Notes: a model not told the origin generated them from the letters alone. A stretch of 63,974 nucleotides of DNA, filler included, from Octopus bimaculoides (GCF_001194135.2; 8 parts of 8 records of this genome joined end to end with filler, not necessarily neighbours in it), one strand, 5' to 3'; counted from the first letter of the whole stretch, positions 25,921 to 39,031 are shown. Program-made: numbers and translations.

Positions 25921-26885
25921 NNNNNNNNNNNNNNNNNNNNNNNNNNNNNNNNNNNNNNNNNNNNNNNNNNNNNNNNNNNNNNNNNNNNNNNNNNNNNNNN
26001 NNNNNNNNNNNNNNNNNNNNTATCATTTAATATACATCGCATTAAAATAAGAGCTACAAATAGTTCCTTGCCGTGAAGACACGGTAGATAAGTATGTTTG
26101 TATAACGTGACTTGTGTCTCCAAGCAACCCTCAGTCTTGGGTGTTCGGAATAAATTCAACAGTTTAATGTTATTTTCTGCAATCACCTCTTGATATGTTC
26201 GTGAACACTCAACGGCTTTGGAAAGCATAAAGTTTTAAATTATAGTTGTGAATTTACCTGACCTGGAGAACAAGAAACCATATGAACATTGGAAAAAATT
26301 TACCCGTAAAATGATGCTTCAGACTGAATACCAGCTTCGCTCAGTTCAGTGCTGGACAATTGTCTGCTAGAGATGGCAGTAGTTCGCTCCCGTTCACAAT
26401 AAAAAGAAAGTCAAGCGACATTCTGGTTCTGATCTTGCAACAGGCAAAGCGGCTAGCTATAAAATCTCTGTAAAGAGATGTAAGTTATAACTGTACTGGG
26501 AACTAATGTTTGTCGCAAATTCAACATGGTTGAGGATGGGGAGAAGTAGCCCGAAACTAGTCTGGTTTGTTGATCCTGTCGCTTGAAGGTGGTATAGGTT
26601 CGCTCCCCCTGCTTGCAATATATTGGATGCCGGATGCATCGTTAACCAGCTAGAGCAAATGTCCTGTTGGAGTTCAAAAATCGCAGGAGCCTCTGCTCGT
26701 ACGGAACAGCCATGTGGAAATGTCGACAAAGATTATATACATATGTATGTATGTATGTATGTATGCATGTATGTATGTATGTATTACTGTATACGTATCT
26801 ATATATGTTCATACGTGTGAACGTAAATGTACATACGGATGTACATGTATCGGCCTATATAATATCTAACTCTTTCTCTATATAG

Positions 26886-26963
<78 letters not shown>

Positions 26964-27961
26964 NNNNNNNNNNNNNNNNNNNNNNNNNNNNNNNNNNNNN
27001 NNNNNNNNNNNNNNNNNNNNNNNNNNNNNNNNNNNNNNNNNNNNNNNNNNNNNNNNNNNNNNNNNNNNNNNNNNNNNNNNNNNNNNNNNNNNNNNNNNNN
27101 NNNNNNNNNNNNNNNNNNNNNNNNNNNNNNNNNNNNNNNNNNNNNNNNNNNNNNNNNNNNNNNNNNNNNNNNNNNNNNNNNNNNNNNNNNNNNNNNNNNN
27201 NNNNNNNNNNNNNNNNNNNNNNNNNNNNNNNNNNNNNNNNNNNNNNNNNNNNNNNNNNNNNNNNNNNNNNNNNATATATATATCTGCAAATCGGCATATA
27301 AAAGTTGATAACAGTGCTATATACAACACTCATTTTATGTGGAATTAATTGGCGTGTGTTCACATATATTCCTTTTATGTTGGTGTATGTGTGTATTCAG
27401 GCGTGTTTTTAATAATTCATGAATTCGACAAATTCAAATGAATATCTTATATTTCTTGAAATTCGACATTTCTAAACATACTTTATCAATAATATTGATT
27501 TTTCACAGGAAACTGGGATATTGTACATCTATTATGAAATTGTTTTCATTGTACAGATCATTTCATTATAGTAGTTTTTTTTTTATTACTTTTATTTTTT
27601 ATTTCCTGGAACAATCTATAGAAACTGAAGCAGTCTTCTATTCCCATAACAGAATGGTTTTAAGCTGGCTACCAAAACACATAAACATTATCACGCACTA
27701 ATAAAATGCATACAAAATACAATACACAAATGAAATGCAGTTTTTGTTTTTAACACACACGCCCAAACTTGCGCACATACCACGCATGTGTGTATATCTG
27801 TGCATATACACACCCACAAAACAATTTCGTGTAAACTCACACGCACACCCAGTGAGATGCGTATATATATATATATATATATACACGTGTGTACGTATAT
27901 ATATATATATACATACATATATACTTACATACATTTATATATATATATGTATATGTGTGTG

Positions 27962-27992
<31 letters not shown>

Positions 27993-28009
27993 GTTTGCAT
28001 GTACGTATG

Positions 28010-28050
<41 letters not shown>

Positions 28051-29467
28051 CTATATGCATATTTCACTATGTATGTACATTTACAAATCTAGCGACGAAT
28101 TTATTTACACGCATATATATTCACATCTAAATACATATATACATAGAAGTAGATACATACATACACATATATGTGCTGATATATATATACATAGATATAG
28201 GTACATATAAGTATATATATATATTCATATATATATATATATGCATATATATATATATATACTTTATTTATATTCATTTGTGTATATGTGAGTGTGACTG
28301 CGTGTGTGGAGAGAGAGAATCCGAGTGTGTAAGTACATACGTAAATGTGTGTTTAAACTTGTATAAATAGAGCACAATTCAGATCAGAAGTTCGATTGAT
28401 TTTCATGTTTCTTATCTTCATTAATTTAACAATGAAGAGGGGGGAAAAATATTCATCAAAAAATGCGAAAACTTCACTTATGCAAAATGTATTGTTGTAC
28501 AATGAAATGTAGAAAGCAACAAAATAGAATGGTGATAAGAAAGTAAGAAATGAGGTGAGGATGGAAAGAAAAGACAAAAGAAAGAAAGAGATTAGGGAAG
28601 AAGTAAATAAAGATTAGAGAGAAAGGGGGTGGGAAGAAAGAAAAGGAGGAAAAGAATGAAAGAAAGAAGAAGATATGGAGAACTTTTAAAACGAAAGAAA
28701 GAAAATGCAACAAAGGATTATTGTATGAAAGAATGATCGAATTATGAAGAGAGTAGATTTAAAAAGTGACAGAGAGGAGAACTAGAGACTGTTCGAGTTA
28801 GAATGTAGAATGATTGTGGCCTATATTTTGTAGAGAGAGAAAGAAAGAGAGAGAGAGAAAGAAAGAGAGAAAGAAAAAAGAAAGAGAGAGAGAGAGAGAG
28901 GGCGTGTGTTTGTGAGTGAGAAAGAAAGAGAGCGTCGGTCAGTGAGAAATAAACAGTGTTTGAGTGAGAATGTAAAAGGCGATAGAAATAGCGAGATAGA
29001 GGTAGAGATTGTGAGAATCCTAGCGATGAAATGGAGAGCTCAGAGATGTGCAACTGTTTCACAGTGAAATAAAACACGAAAAGATCAATAAACCGTGAAC
29101 TAAGCTAATGAGCATTGGCCATTAGCTTAGAGAACTGTTATTAGAAAAATAAAAATGATAATAAAAATATTAAAAAATGATGATAATAACAATAATATTA
29201 AAGACCATCATAATAAACAAAAAAGTACCAACATTAGTAATAGAAATAAGTGTAGGAGTAATAAGAAGAACAACAATAATAATGAAAAATATTAATATAA
29301 ATAAAACGAAAAACATGAAAAAAGAACTCTCAAAAGGAAGACGGGGTACAAGATAACGATTATATATNNNNNNNNNNNNNNNNNNNNNNNNNNNNNNNNN
29401 NNNNNNNNNNNTTAATTAATTAANNNNNNNNNNNNNNNNNNNNNNNNNNNNNNNNNNNNNNNNNNNN

Positions 29468-30175
29468 TTCTGCTAATTAGTTTCTGTTAGTTTCCGTTTG
29501 TTTCCGTTAGTTTCCGTTACTTTCGTTATTTTCCGTTACTTTCGTTAGTTTCCGTTACTTTCGTTAGTTTCCGTTAGTTTCTGTTAGTTTCCGTTAGTTT
29601 CCGGTAGTTTCCGTTACTTTTGTTAGTTACCATTACTTTTGTTAGTTTCCGTTATTTCCGTTAGTTTCTGTTAGTTTCCGTTAGTTTCCGTTAGTTTTTG
29701 TTAGTTTCCGTTAGTTTCCGTTAGTTTCCGTTACTTTCGTTAGTTTCCGTTACTTTCGTTAGTTTCCGTTACTTTCCGTTAGTTTCAGTTAGTTTCTGTT
29801 AGTTTCCGTTACTTTTGTTAGTTAGTTTCCGTTACTTTCGTTTGTTTCCGTTAGTTTCCGTTAGTTTCTGCTAGTTTCCGTTACTTTCCGTTAGTTTCTG
29901 TTAGTTTCTGTTAGTTTCCGTTAGTCTCCGTTAGTTTCCGTTACTTTCGTTAGTTTCCGTTAGTTTCTGTTAGTTTCCGTTACTTCCCACTAGTTTCCGT
30001 TAGTTTCCGTTACTTTTGTTAGTTTCCGTTACTTTCGTTAGTTTCCGTTAGTTTCTGTTAGTTTCCGTTGGTTTCCGTTAGTTTCCGTTAGTATCCGTTA
30101 GTTCCCGTCAGTTTCCGTTAGCTCCAGTTAGTTTCCGTTAGTTTCCATTAGTTTCCGTTAGTTTCCGTTGTTTTC
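29468..30175. repeat. 10-bp minisatellite, consensus GTTAGTTTCC (variants GTTACTTTC, GTTAGTTTCT)
   Basis: About 70 tandem units; the left edge is truncated by a gap. Confidence 0.95.
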
Positions 30176-31921
30176 CGTTAGTTTCCGTTCTTTTCCGTTA
30201 CTTTCCGTTCTTTTCCGATCTTTTCTGTTACTCTGCGTTCTTTTCCGTTCTTTTCCGTTCTTGTTCGCTCTTGTTCGTTCTTTTTCGTTCTTTCTCTCTT
30301 TCTCTCTCTTCCTCTCTCTTTCTCTCTCTTCCTCTCTCTTTCTCTTTCTCTCTCTCTTTCCTACTCTCCCTTCTCTCGCCTTTTTCTCTCTCTCTCTTTC
30401 TTCACTCTTCTACTTATGCTGATTTTGAAGAAAACATGTTAGCAGGACTGTTTTATTGTCCTGAAACCTCCATATACCGGAAATTGATGGTAACGAACGA
30501 AACTGCATGATCTAAGAAGAGTCACCGTTACTTTCTCTATGTCTCTCTTTTCTGTCTTTCTCTATCACACACATAGACAGGGAAAGGAAGANNNNNNNNN
30601 NNNNNNNNNNNNNNNNNNNNNNNNNNNNNNNNNNNNNNNNNNNNNNNNNNNNNNNNNNNNNNNNNNNNNNNNNNNNNNNNNNNNNNNNNNNTTCACAGTG
30701 AATACGTGTTGTTTGGTAATTCGGGTATTCGTGTTTTCTGGGGATTCAGTTGTTAAGGCAAGTGTTTCGATTCTTTAACCGGAGCTTGATTTCACCTTGT
30801 TCCAAAATACTCAGTCAAAACCGAGTATCTGTGACACACAGGAGTCAATATGGCGATGGGCTGGCATTCCTTCCAGGTAGGAATCTTGTACTTTCAGCCT
30901 AAACAACTTGAACATCCAGTCATAACCATGACTTATGTGGTTGTCGGACCGAAATAAATTTTAGTCATTTAGTTTCACAACACTTAATATATTATGATTG
31001 TAAGAGAGAGAGCCCTGTTGTTTTAAAGAATGGTCTATAAGATCTATATATTCCAATGTAAATCAAAAGATTTAATTTCCAAGAACGAAAGAACCAGAAA
31101 AAGTTGTTGGCTTAATTATTAACAAGGTTCAGCTGTTGATCGAATGGAAAACAACTGGTAAGTATAGAGATCATTTATCAAAACAATAAATCCTTAAAAT
31201 TACAGCTGCAGAACAAATCAGCTTGTCACTGAACATCTCCAGTAATTAATTGACCCTTGTAGAAATTAAACACGACTGAATTTTATTTAAATTTCTCCGC
31301 GTTGAGTTATTCTACTCTGTAGTACTTCTGAGGCACACATTTTTGTTCGACTCTGCAAGGTGGAGAGTTCATATTAAATTGTCTTAAACTTGGCGCTTCG
31401 TCATTGAGAAAATACGAAGAGTTGACCAGTGGAGCGGCGAACAAACAGTGCATGCATTCATCCAATGTAGACTAATGTGACACTGAGTCAAGAACAGTGA
31501 CAGGAAATGTTCATCAAATCAAATAATTAACCAAAGTCATAATTGAAATATATCTACAAAAGTCATTAAGAAGTTATACAAAACACACTCAAACACAAAT
31601 AGTTATATACACTCTCACACACAGAGTCAAACACACACATATGCATGTGTGTGTCTATTCATACGCATACACATACGCATGCACACACAAATGCATACAT
31701 ATATATATATATGTATGTAATATTGGATACATTTATATTTGTGGGTGTGTCTGTGAGTGCGTGCAAGATATTAATTGTGTAAGAACTTTGCAAATCCACT
31801 TTAATTATCACTTCATAGATACAAATATACATACATATACATATACGCAACGTATGTATGTATATGCATTACACGCACACACACACACATATACACACAC
31901 ACACATACACACACACACATG

Positions 31922-31960
<39 letters not shown>

Positions 31961-31972
31961 GTTTATATATAC

Positions 31973-32004
<32 letters not shown>

Positions 32005-32250
32005 ATGTATATATGTGTATAAATGTATAGATATATAGGTATAAATAGATAAATAGATAGGTACATAGTATATATTGTGTATATGTAATGTAAGCGCGCA
32101 TACTTACATACATACATAAATACATATACACATACACACGCACATATATGNNNNNNNNNNNNNNNNNNNNNNNNNNNNNNNNNNNNNNNNNNNNTTAATT
32201 AATTAANNNNNNNNNNNNNNNNNNNNNNNNNNNNNNNNNNNNNNNNNNNN

Positions 32251-32306
<56 letters not shown>

Positions 32307-32594
32307 CACACACATATATGTATATGTATGTATATATATATATGTGTGTGTATGTGTGTGTGTGTATAAAGAGAGAGAGAGAATAATAGTTATACATGCA
32401 CACACACACATATATATATGCATACGCACACATGTGTGCATGTATATACATATATATATATATATAAATGTGTTTATGTATATGGATATGAATTCATGCA
32501 TTTATATATGTATATATGTATGTGCATATATATGTGTGTATATATATATGTATATATTTATGTACATATATATGTGTGTATATACATATATGTA

Positions 32595-32630
<36 letters not shown>

Positions 32631-32764
32631 TGTATGTGGGCGCCACGAGACGATAAAACTTGCAAGCCTTTTGTAAACAGAAATTCAATAGCGCAGGGGA
32701 AACGTATTAATAGATATTTATAGAAAGCGAGGTTAACTTGTATTGACGTAGGAATGATTGAACA

Positions 32765-32962
32765 CGATTGTTTACTTACTCAATAGGGTTTCTAACAAAA
32801 TTTGATCTATCTTGCTTCACGTTTGTTTGCTATCGCCTTGACATTCACTCGGTCCTTTTACACGAAAACATATATTTACAAATGATTTCAGATGCATCTA
32901 GTTTTTGCCGATTATTAACACATGCTCACGTACAGATAGTCCCCACATAAGTCAACTTTATA
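32765..32962 (-). mobile_element. Terminal fragment of a mariner-family element
   Basis: Shares ~80 bp (TTTCAGATGCA..GCCGATT..TAACACATGCTCACGTACAGATAGTCC..TTTATA) with the end of the 39-kb mariner; ends in TA. Confidence 0.65.
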
Positions 32963-33112
32963 GTATTTATATATGTAAATAGAGTGACATTAAAGACAGA
33001 CAGACAATTATATATATATATACATGTATTTATATGATATGTATATATGAGTAAGAGAGATATATACAAAGATACTGAGACAGTCACATAGACAGATTGA
33101 CATATATATATA

Positions 33113-33167
<55 letters not shown>

Positions 33168-33252
33168 NNNNNNNNNNNNNNNNNNNNNNNNNNNNNNNNN
33201 NNNNNNNNNNNNNNNNNNNNNNNNNNNNNNNNNNNNATAGACACATAATTAT

Positions 33253-33283
<31 letters not shown>

Positions 33284-33374
33284 CACACACACACACACAC
33301 ATAAAACTATATAGACAGGCAGACCAACAAACAGACAGAGACAGACAGACAGACATACAGATAGATAGATAGAT

Positions 33375-33405
<31 letters not shown>

Positions 33406-33526
33406 CTGACAAATAAACATGTAGATGGATATATGGATATATATGGAATATATATGGCTATGTATATACCACATCACCACCCCTCCTAATTAAGAGTTAT
33501 TGCAATCCATAAGGGAGCTTCTACAC

Positions 33527-33788
33527 CAGTGATTCTCAAACAGGGTCCATATAAGAATATTTTAAGAGCCCCTAGTCCAACGTATGCAAGTGAATGTGTG
33601 AAACACAAAATAGGAATTTTGAAAGAAGTTTCTATAAAGTTGAAAGAAGTTTCTATATATACTCATATATATATGTATGACTGGTACGTAATAATAATAG
33701 TTTTTAAGCATTGAATGGCTATGAGGGTCCACCAGAATAAAATAGTAATCATAGGGGTCCGTAGATAGAAAATGGTTGAGAACCCCTT
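33527..33788. mobile_element. hAT (Charlie-like) MITE
   Basis: Termini CAGTGATTCTCAA and TTGAGAACCCCT; 8-bp TSD TTCTACAC / CTCTACAC (7/8 match). Confidence 0.85.
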
Positions 33789-33934
33789 CTCTACACAGTT
33801 CTTGGATGTATTACAGATTGCAGCCCAAACTCCCTGATATTGCACATCTTCCATAACAAGAAGGCATAGTGGATTTTGTCATCCTAGATATTATGATATA
33901 AAATAATAACTACAACAACAACAATAATAATAAT

Positions 33935-34145
33935 AATAATCCTTTCTACTAAAGGCACAAGGCCTGAAATTTGGGGGAGGGGGATATCGATTACCTCGAC
34001 CGCAGTACGTAACTGGTACTTATTTTATCGAGCCCGAAAGGATGAAAGCAAAGTTGACCTCGGCGAAATTTGAATTCAGAGCGTTAAGACAGACGAAATG
34101 TTGTTTAGCATGATCGCTAACTATTCTGCCAGGTTGCCGCCTTAA
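33935..34145 (-). mobile_element. SINE family B, full length, with (AAT)n tail
   Basis: AATCCTTTCTACTAAAGGCACAAGGCCTG...GAATTCAGAGC...GCCGCCTT. Confidence 0.9.
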
Positions 34146-34169
34146 TAAAAATAAGAATAAGAATAGTTC

Positions 34170-34300
34170 AAAATTTGGGCACAAGGCCAACAATTGCCGT
34201 GGGATGGGGTAGTAAGTCGATCACAGCGACCGCAGGGCTCGACTGGTACTTATTTTTTGACCCCGAAAGGATGGAAAGCAAAGTCGACTCCGGCGATATT
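34170..34300 (-). mobile_element. SINE family B, partial
   Basis: ACTGGTACTTATTTTTTGACCCCGAAAGGATGGAAAGCAAAGTCGAC. Confidence 0.85.
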
Positions 34301-34552
34301 TCACAGTTGATCTTCACGTCAGAACGATCAGAACCTAACCAAGGGTTAAAGAAAAAGAAACACTGCAGATGCCCCTAACTATGCAAGCCGAAAGAACAAG
34401 GAAGATAACAAATTATGAATCATGTATTCATAGTTCGTCAGAATGATTTTAACATATAATCGCAGGGCATTCACCTGTTAAGGGGTGAGAAGTAAAAACT
34501 GCTGAGACTTATAGTGCTGTGATTGAATTTTCCTCACATAGCTATGCGGCTG

Positions 34553-34830
34553 TCAAATCCTTCCATCCGTCTTCCTCTGCTTCCCATTACTCGTAAACAT
34601 GGCCCCAAGATGCTTAAACTTCTCCAATTGCATTCGTGATGTTCCACTAACGTTCCGAGTCCACTTTATCTTGAGATAAAGGTCTCAGTCTTTGCAACTT
34701 TAATTCTCATCCCTGCTTCGTAGCACTCGATAGTAAACCCCTTTAGTGCATGCAGGAGTTCATCTTCAAATGAGCCGCGCAGTACCATGTCGTCTGCAAA
34801 TATCAGCCGACCGATCCTACAGTTCTAGCT
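34553..34830 (-). mobile_element. RTE-clade LINE RT fragment
   Basis: RLIFADDMVL..GMRIKVAKTE..EKFKHLGAMFTSNG (RT motif FADD plus the downstream FKYLG motif). Confidence 0.8.
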
Positions 34831-35046
34831 GAATTCGTCTTCACTTCATCTACGACAATTTATCTGTGATTGTGTGTATGTGTCTGTGTGTGTGTGTGTT
34901 TGTGTGTGTGTTTGTGTGTGTGTGTGTATGTGTATGTGTGTATGTTGTGTGGTTGCATGTATGTGTGTGTGTGTGGTTGTATGTGTCTATGTCTGTGGTT
35001 GTATGTGTGTGTATGTGTGGTTGCATGTATGTGTGTACGTGTGTGG

Positions 35047-35090
<44 letters not shown>

Positions 35091-35091
<1 letters not shown>

Positions 35092-35178
35092 TGTAGATGA
35101 ATTGTATTTGTAGATAAATTGCTGTAGATGAATTGTTGCAGATGAATTGTTGTAGACGAATTATTGTAGACAAATTCG
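35091..35178. repeat. Six degenerate 14-16-bp tandem units (TTGTAGATGAATTG)
   Basis: Direct units between a (GT)n tract and GTCGGATTCC. Confidence 0.85.
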
Positions 35179-36399
35179 TCGGATTCCGACCCTACACCTT
35201 GCGTTCGTCATACACCTTCCAGAACTGTTGGTATAGGTAAATCACTGCTTTATGGTAGATATAAGTAGAACATAAAAGATATGTAAGGTGCAGTGACACA
35301 CCTAGAGAGTATGCGGTCATGAGTGACCCTAAAGTTTGTAACCCCCTACTCTATGCGGGAGGAGACTATAAAATCTACAGGCTTATACAGCAGACCCAAA
35401 AGTGCCGCCCACATAAAAACCTCATCCGGAGCATCCATCCCACCTCGCCCATCCCTGGCTACGTTACTGGTCAGTTTGCAACATCGAGCGTCATGAATTT
35501 GTAGCATATTTCGACTAGCCATTGTCGAGACAATAATTCACAGCCATCTGAAGATGCAGTTGCTAAGGAGAAATAATTACGATTCTCCTAGAGAATTTCG
35601 ATAATAGATTACAGAAGTTAGCAACGTTTAATCAACTACGGCTCTCCGAAAGAGGTTCTGCTACTAATTTGTAAAAGTTAGCAACATTTAATAAAGAGGA
35701 AAAAGAAAAAAAAAAACCTCTTGCAAGTAGTCTAACTAATTATTTATACTCATACCTTCAAAGGAATGCCCAGAGGGTGGTGGCTGTTGATTAACTTTGA
35801 AGGCAGTCAAGATCATTAACGATTGGCAGTGGGTAGATGGAGGGAGAGAGGAATGAGAGCGAGGAAGAGAGGAAGAAAGCTACGGATAGAGAGGGAGAAA
35901 GCTACGGAGAGAGGGAGAAAGCTACGGAGAGAGGGAGTAGAGCGAGGGAGAGAGGGAAGGAGGGAGGCAGATATAGGGATTCTTCTCACCGATAAATGAG
36001 TAACTTTTCAACAACTGAACGACCAGAATTTCAAAATTAATAAAAGGATAACTGACAAATATTATTACTAAAATGAAATACACAGGCACGAGATTAAAAA
36101 AATATGCATAAACCAATTAACTACAGAAATAAAATGCTGAAGAACTATTCTACCGCCAAACCCCACCCCTTTTTATACTATATTCTGTCATTGTACCGTG
36201 CCGACGTCGACCTTGGCGTCAAGAGACATAACTGCATAAGGTAATTTTGTTCGATATAGCGATTGTAGCTATCCACGCCAATGCAGAAAAAAACACGCAT
36301 GCATGCATACATGCATACATACATGCTTAGAGACAGACATACATACACAAATACATAATACATACATACATACAAACATACATACAAATAAATATATAA

Positions 36400-36690
36400 A
36401 TGCAGTGATGAAAAGTGAAGTGAGCAACATTGTACGAGTTGGCAGTGAGCTCCTCAAGAAACACTCTCTTCCTGATGATCTCCTATACAGCCCCAAAACA
36501 TCTGGGCTCTCTTACCTCAGAGAAGACCTGGATGGAAAACTCAGTATACAAAAATAAAAAAGACCATGCATGGGTATGTTGTCTGGAAGCTTGAAGAAGA
36601 CAGTAGATCTGACACGAATCGCAGCCTCTCTTGGACACAAGACCACTACATCACATCACACTTTGAAGGCTATGCCTTTGCAATCCAGGT
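36400..36690 (+). mobile_element. RLE-type (R4-like) LINE fragment
   Basis: KTMHGY..SLSWT..YITSHFEGYAFAIQ resembles the post-RT segment (LHG...EG..AIQDQ) of restriction-like-endonuclease LINEs. Confidence 0.6.
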
Positions 36691-36726
36691 ACATACATAC
36701 ATACATACATATATATAAATAATACA

Positions 36727-37080
36727 GAATGGGACAAGAATGCAAAACATCCAGACAGTTAGGTGATACAAGAAAGGGACAAAACATACAGATAGACGGT
36801 ACAAAGAAAACACGGACAGGTCATTTAGAGTTTTCTCTCTTCAGTCGAGATCCAGATTATCCTTGCAATCTCGGCTGGTTATTCTCGATATTGCTCCAAT
36901 CTGGCCAGCCCCAAGGAAAAACTAAGCTAAGGGCATTAAATTAAGCTGGCGTGTATGGAAATAAGGCATTACAGCATGGATACAAGATTTCACAGGCACA
37001 GGGAGGAATAACGATGTTGCACGCACAACGGCCGGACAAGAAAGAAAGGTCAGGCTTGGCCAAACACCGGTCACGTGGGA
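36727..37080. repeat. Interspersed repeat family D, copy 1 (127-bp internal deletion)
   Basis: Aligns by eye with 38036-38515 at roughly 90% identity. Confidence 0.9.
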
Positions 37081-38035
37081 AGAGAAGAGAGAGAGGTAGA
37101 GGCAGAGGGACAAAAAAATTAAAGAGGGGCGAGAAAAAATGAGAGGGACACAGTGAAGTGAAAAGTGGAGGAAAAGTGAACAAGAATAGAAGGCAATGAA
37201 ATGTGAGCGAGGGGGAACGAAAGAACGAACAGTGGAATGAACGAATAAGGGTGAAGGGGCTGATAGACAGAAATAAAGCCATACAAGATTTAGAAAAATG
37301 TATACTTACATATAAAAGACAAGGTGTACATACGCTGCTATATATNNNNNNNNNNNNNNNNNNNNNNNNNNNNNNNNNNNNNNNNNNNNNNNNNNNNNNN
37401 NNNNNNNNNNNNNNNNNNNNNNNNNNNNNNNNNNNNNNNNNNNNNNNNNNNNNNNNNNNNNNNNNNNNNNNNNNNNNNNNNNNNNNNNNNNNNNNNNNNN
37501 NNNNNNNNNNNNNNNNNNNNNNNNNNNNNNNNNNNNNNNNNNNNNNNNNNNNNNNNNNNNNNNNNNNNNNNNNNNNNNNNNNNNNNNNNNNNNNNNNNNN
37601 NNNNNNNNNNNNNNNNNNNNNNNNNNNNNNNNNNNNNNNNNNNNNNNNNNNNNNNNNNNNNNNNNNNNNNNNNNNNNNNNNNNNNNNNNNNNNNNNNNNN
37701 NNNNNNNNNNNNNNNNNNNNNNNNNNNNNNNNNNNNNNNNNNNNNNNNNNNNNNNNNNNNNNNNNNNNNNNNNNNNNNNNNNNNNNNNNNNNNNNNNNNN
37801 NNNNNNNNNNNNNNNNNNNNNNNNNNNNNNNNNNNNNNNNNNNNNNNNNNNNNNNNNNNNNNNNNNNNNNNNNNNNNNNNNNNNNNNNNNNNNNNNNNNN
37901 NNNNNNNNNNNNNNNNNNNNNNNNNNNNNNNNNNNNNNNNNNNNNNNNNNNNNNNNNNNNNNNNNNNNNNNNNNNNNNNNNNNNNNNNNNNNNNNNNNNN
38001 NNNNNNNATATATATATATATATATATATAATAAA

Positions 38036-38515
38036 GAATGGGACAAGAACGCAAAACATCAAGACAGTTAGGTGATAAGAGAAAGGGACAAAACATACAG
38101 AGACACGATACAAAGAAAACACGGACAGGTCATTCGGAGTTTTCTCTCTTCAGTCGAGATCCAGATTATCCTTGCAATTTCGGCGGGTCATTCTCGATAT
38201 TGCTCCAAACTGGTCGGCCCCAAGGAAAAACTAAGCTAAGAGCATTAGATTCCTTGGAACAAAGCAGCTGATGTATACAAAAACAAGGACGGAAAAAAAC
38301 GAAAATGTTACACAAATACAGTAAGAATAGAAACAGGACATAACAACAGATGTCTTTCGACTAAGGACGAATTAAATTAAGTTGGCGTGTATGGAAATAA
38401 GGCCTTACAGCAGGAATACAAGATTTCACAAGCACAGGGAGGAATAACGATGTTGCACACACAACGGCCGGACAAGAAAGAAAGGTCAGATTGGCCGAAC
38501 ACCGGTCACGTGGGA
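38036..38515. repeat. Interspersed repeat family D, copy 2
   Basis: Homologous to copy 1; begins directly after (TA)n. Confidence 0.9.
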
Positions 38516-39031
38516 AAACATACATACATACATACACACATACTTACATAGTAAATTATTTAGTGACAATTCTAGGATTTTCTGCCTAAGAAAATGACCG
38601 GCTAACACGCATTCTACAAATACAATCTGTATGGAGAACACTAAAAATACGCGAAACTTTTCAAAAGTACAGTTTGTCAGTGATAGAACTTTGTTTCTTT
38701 GTTAGAAACTAGCTCTTTCGTTGCGGGAAGAATTCTTATAACTAATAAAAGTATGCATATATACATGCATACACACACATACAAGATACACACACACACA
38801 CATACATGCATTCATACATGCATGGATGCATACATACATATATACATACATTCATACATACATACATACATACATACATACATACACACACATGCATTCA
38901 TACTTGCATGGATGCACACATACATATATACATACATTCATACATGCATGGATGCATACATATATACATACATACATACATGCATACACACACATGCATA
39001 CATACATGCATGGATGCATACACACACGCAA

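Noticed and set aside
29468-30175. CRISPR-like array or interstitial telomere
   Set aside because: There are no unique spacers, the context is eukaryotic, and the unit is not TTAGGG.
35545-35590. CUGAAGA...GAAA motif
   Set aside because: Stems I and II cannot be formed.
36941-38122. Long ORFs of 200-390 aa spanning gaps (also at 26.8, 42.3, 50.3 and 54.5 kb)
   Set aside because: They consist of X from N runs plus microsatellite translation.
38125-38160. CUGAAGA-GAG-AAAA-CUC-CGAA in repeat family D (minus) as a hammerhead
   Set aside because: No valid stem III with an NUH triplet and no stem I pairing in either copy.
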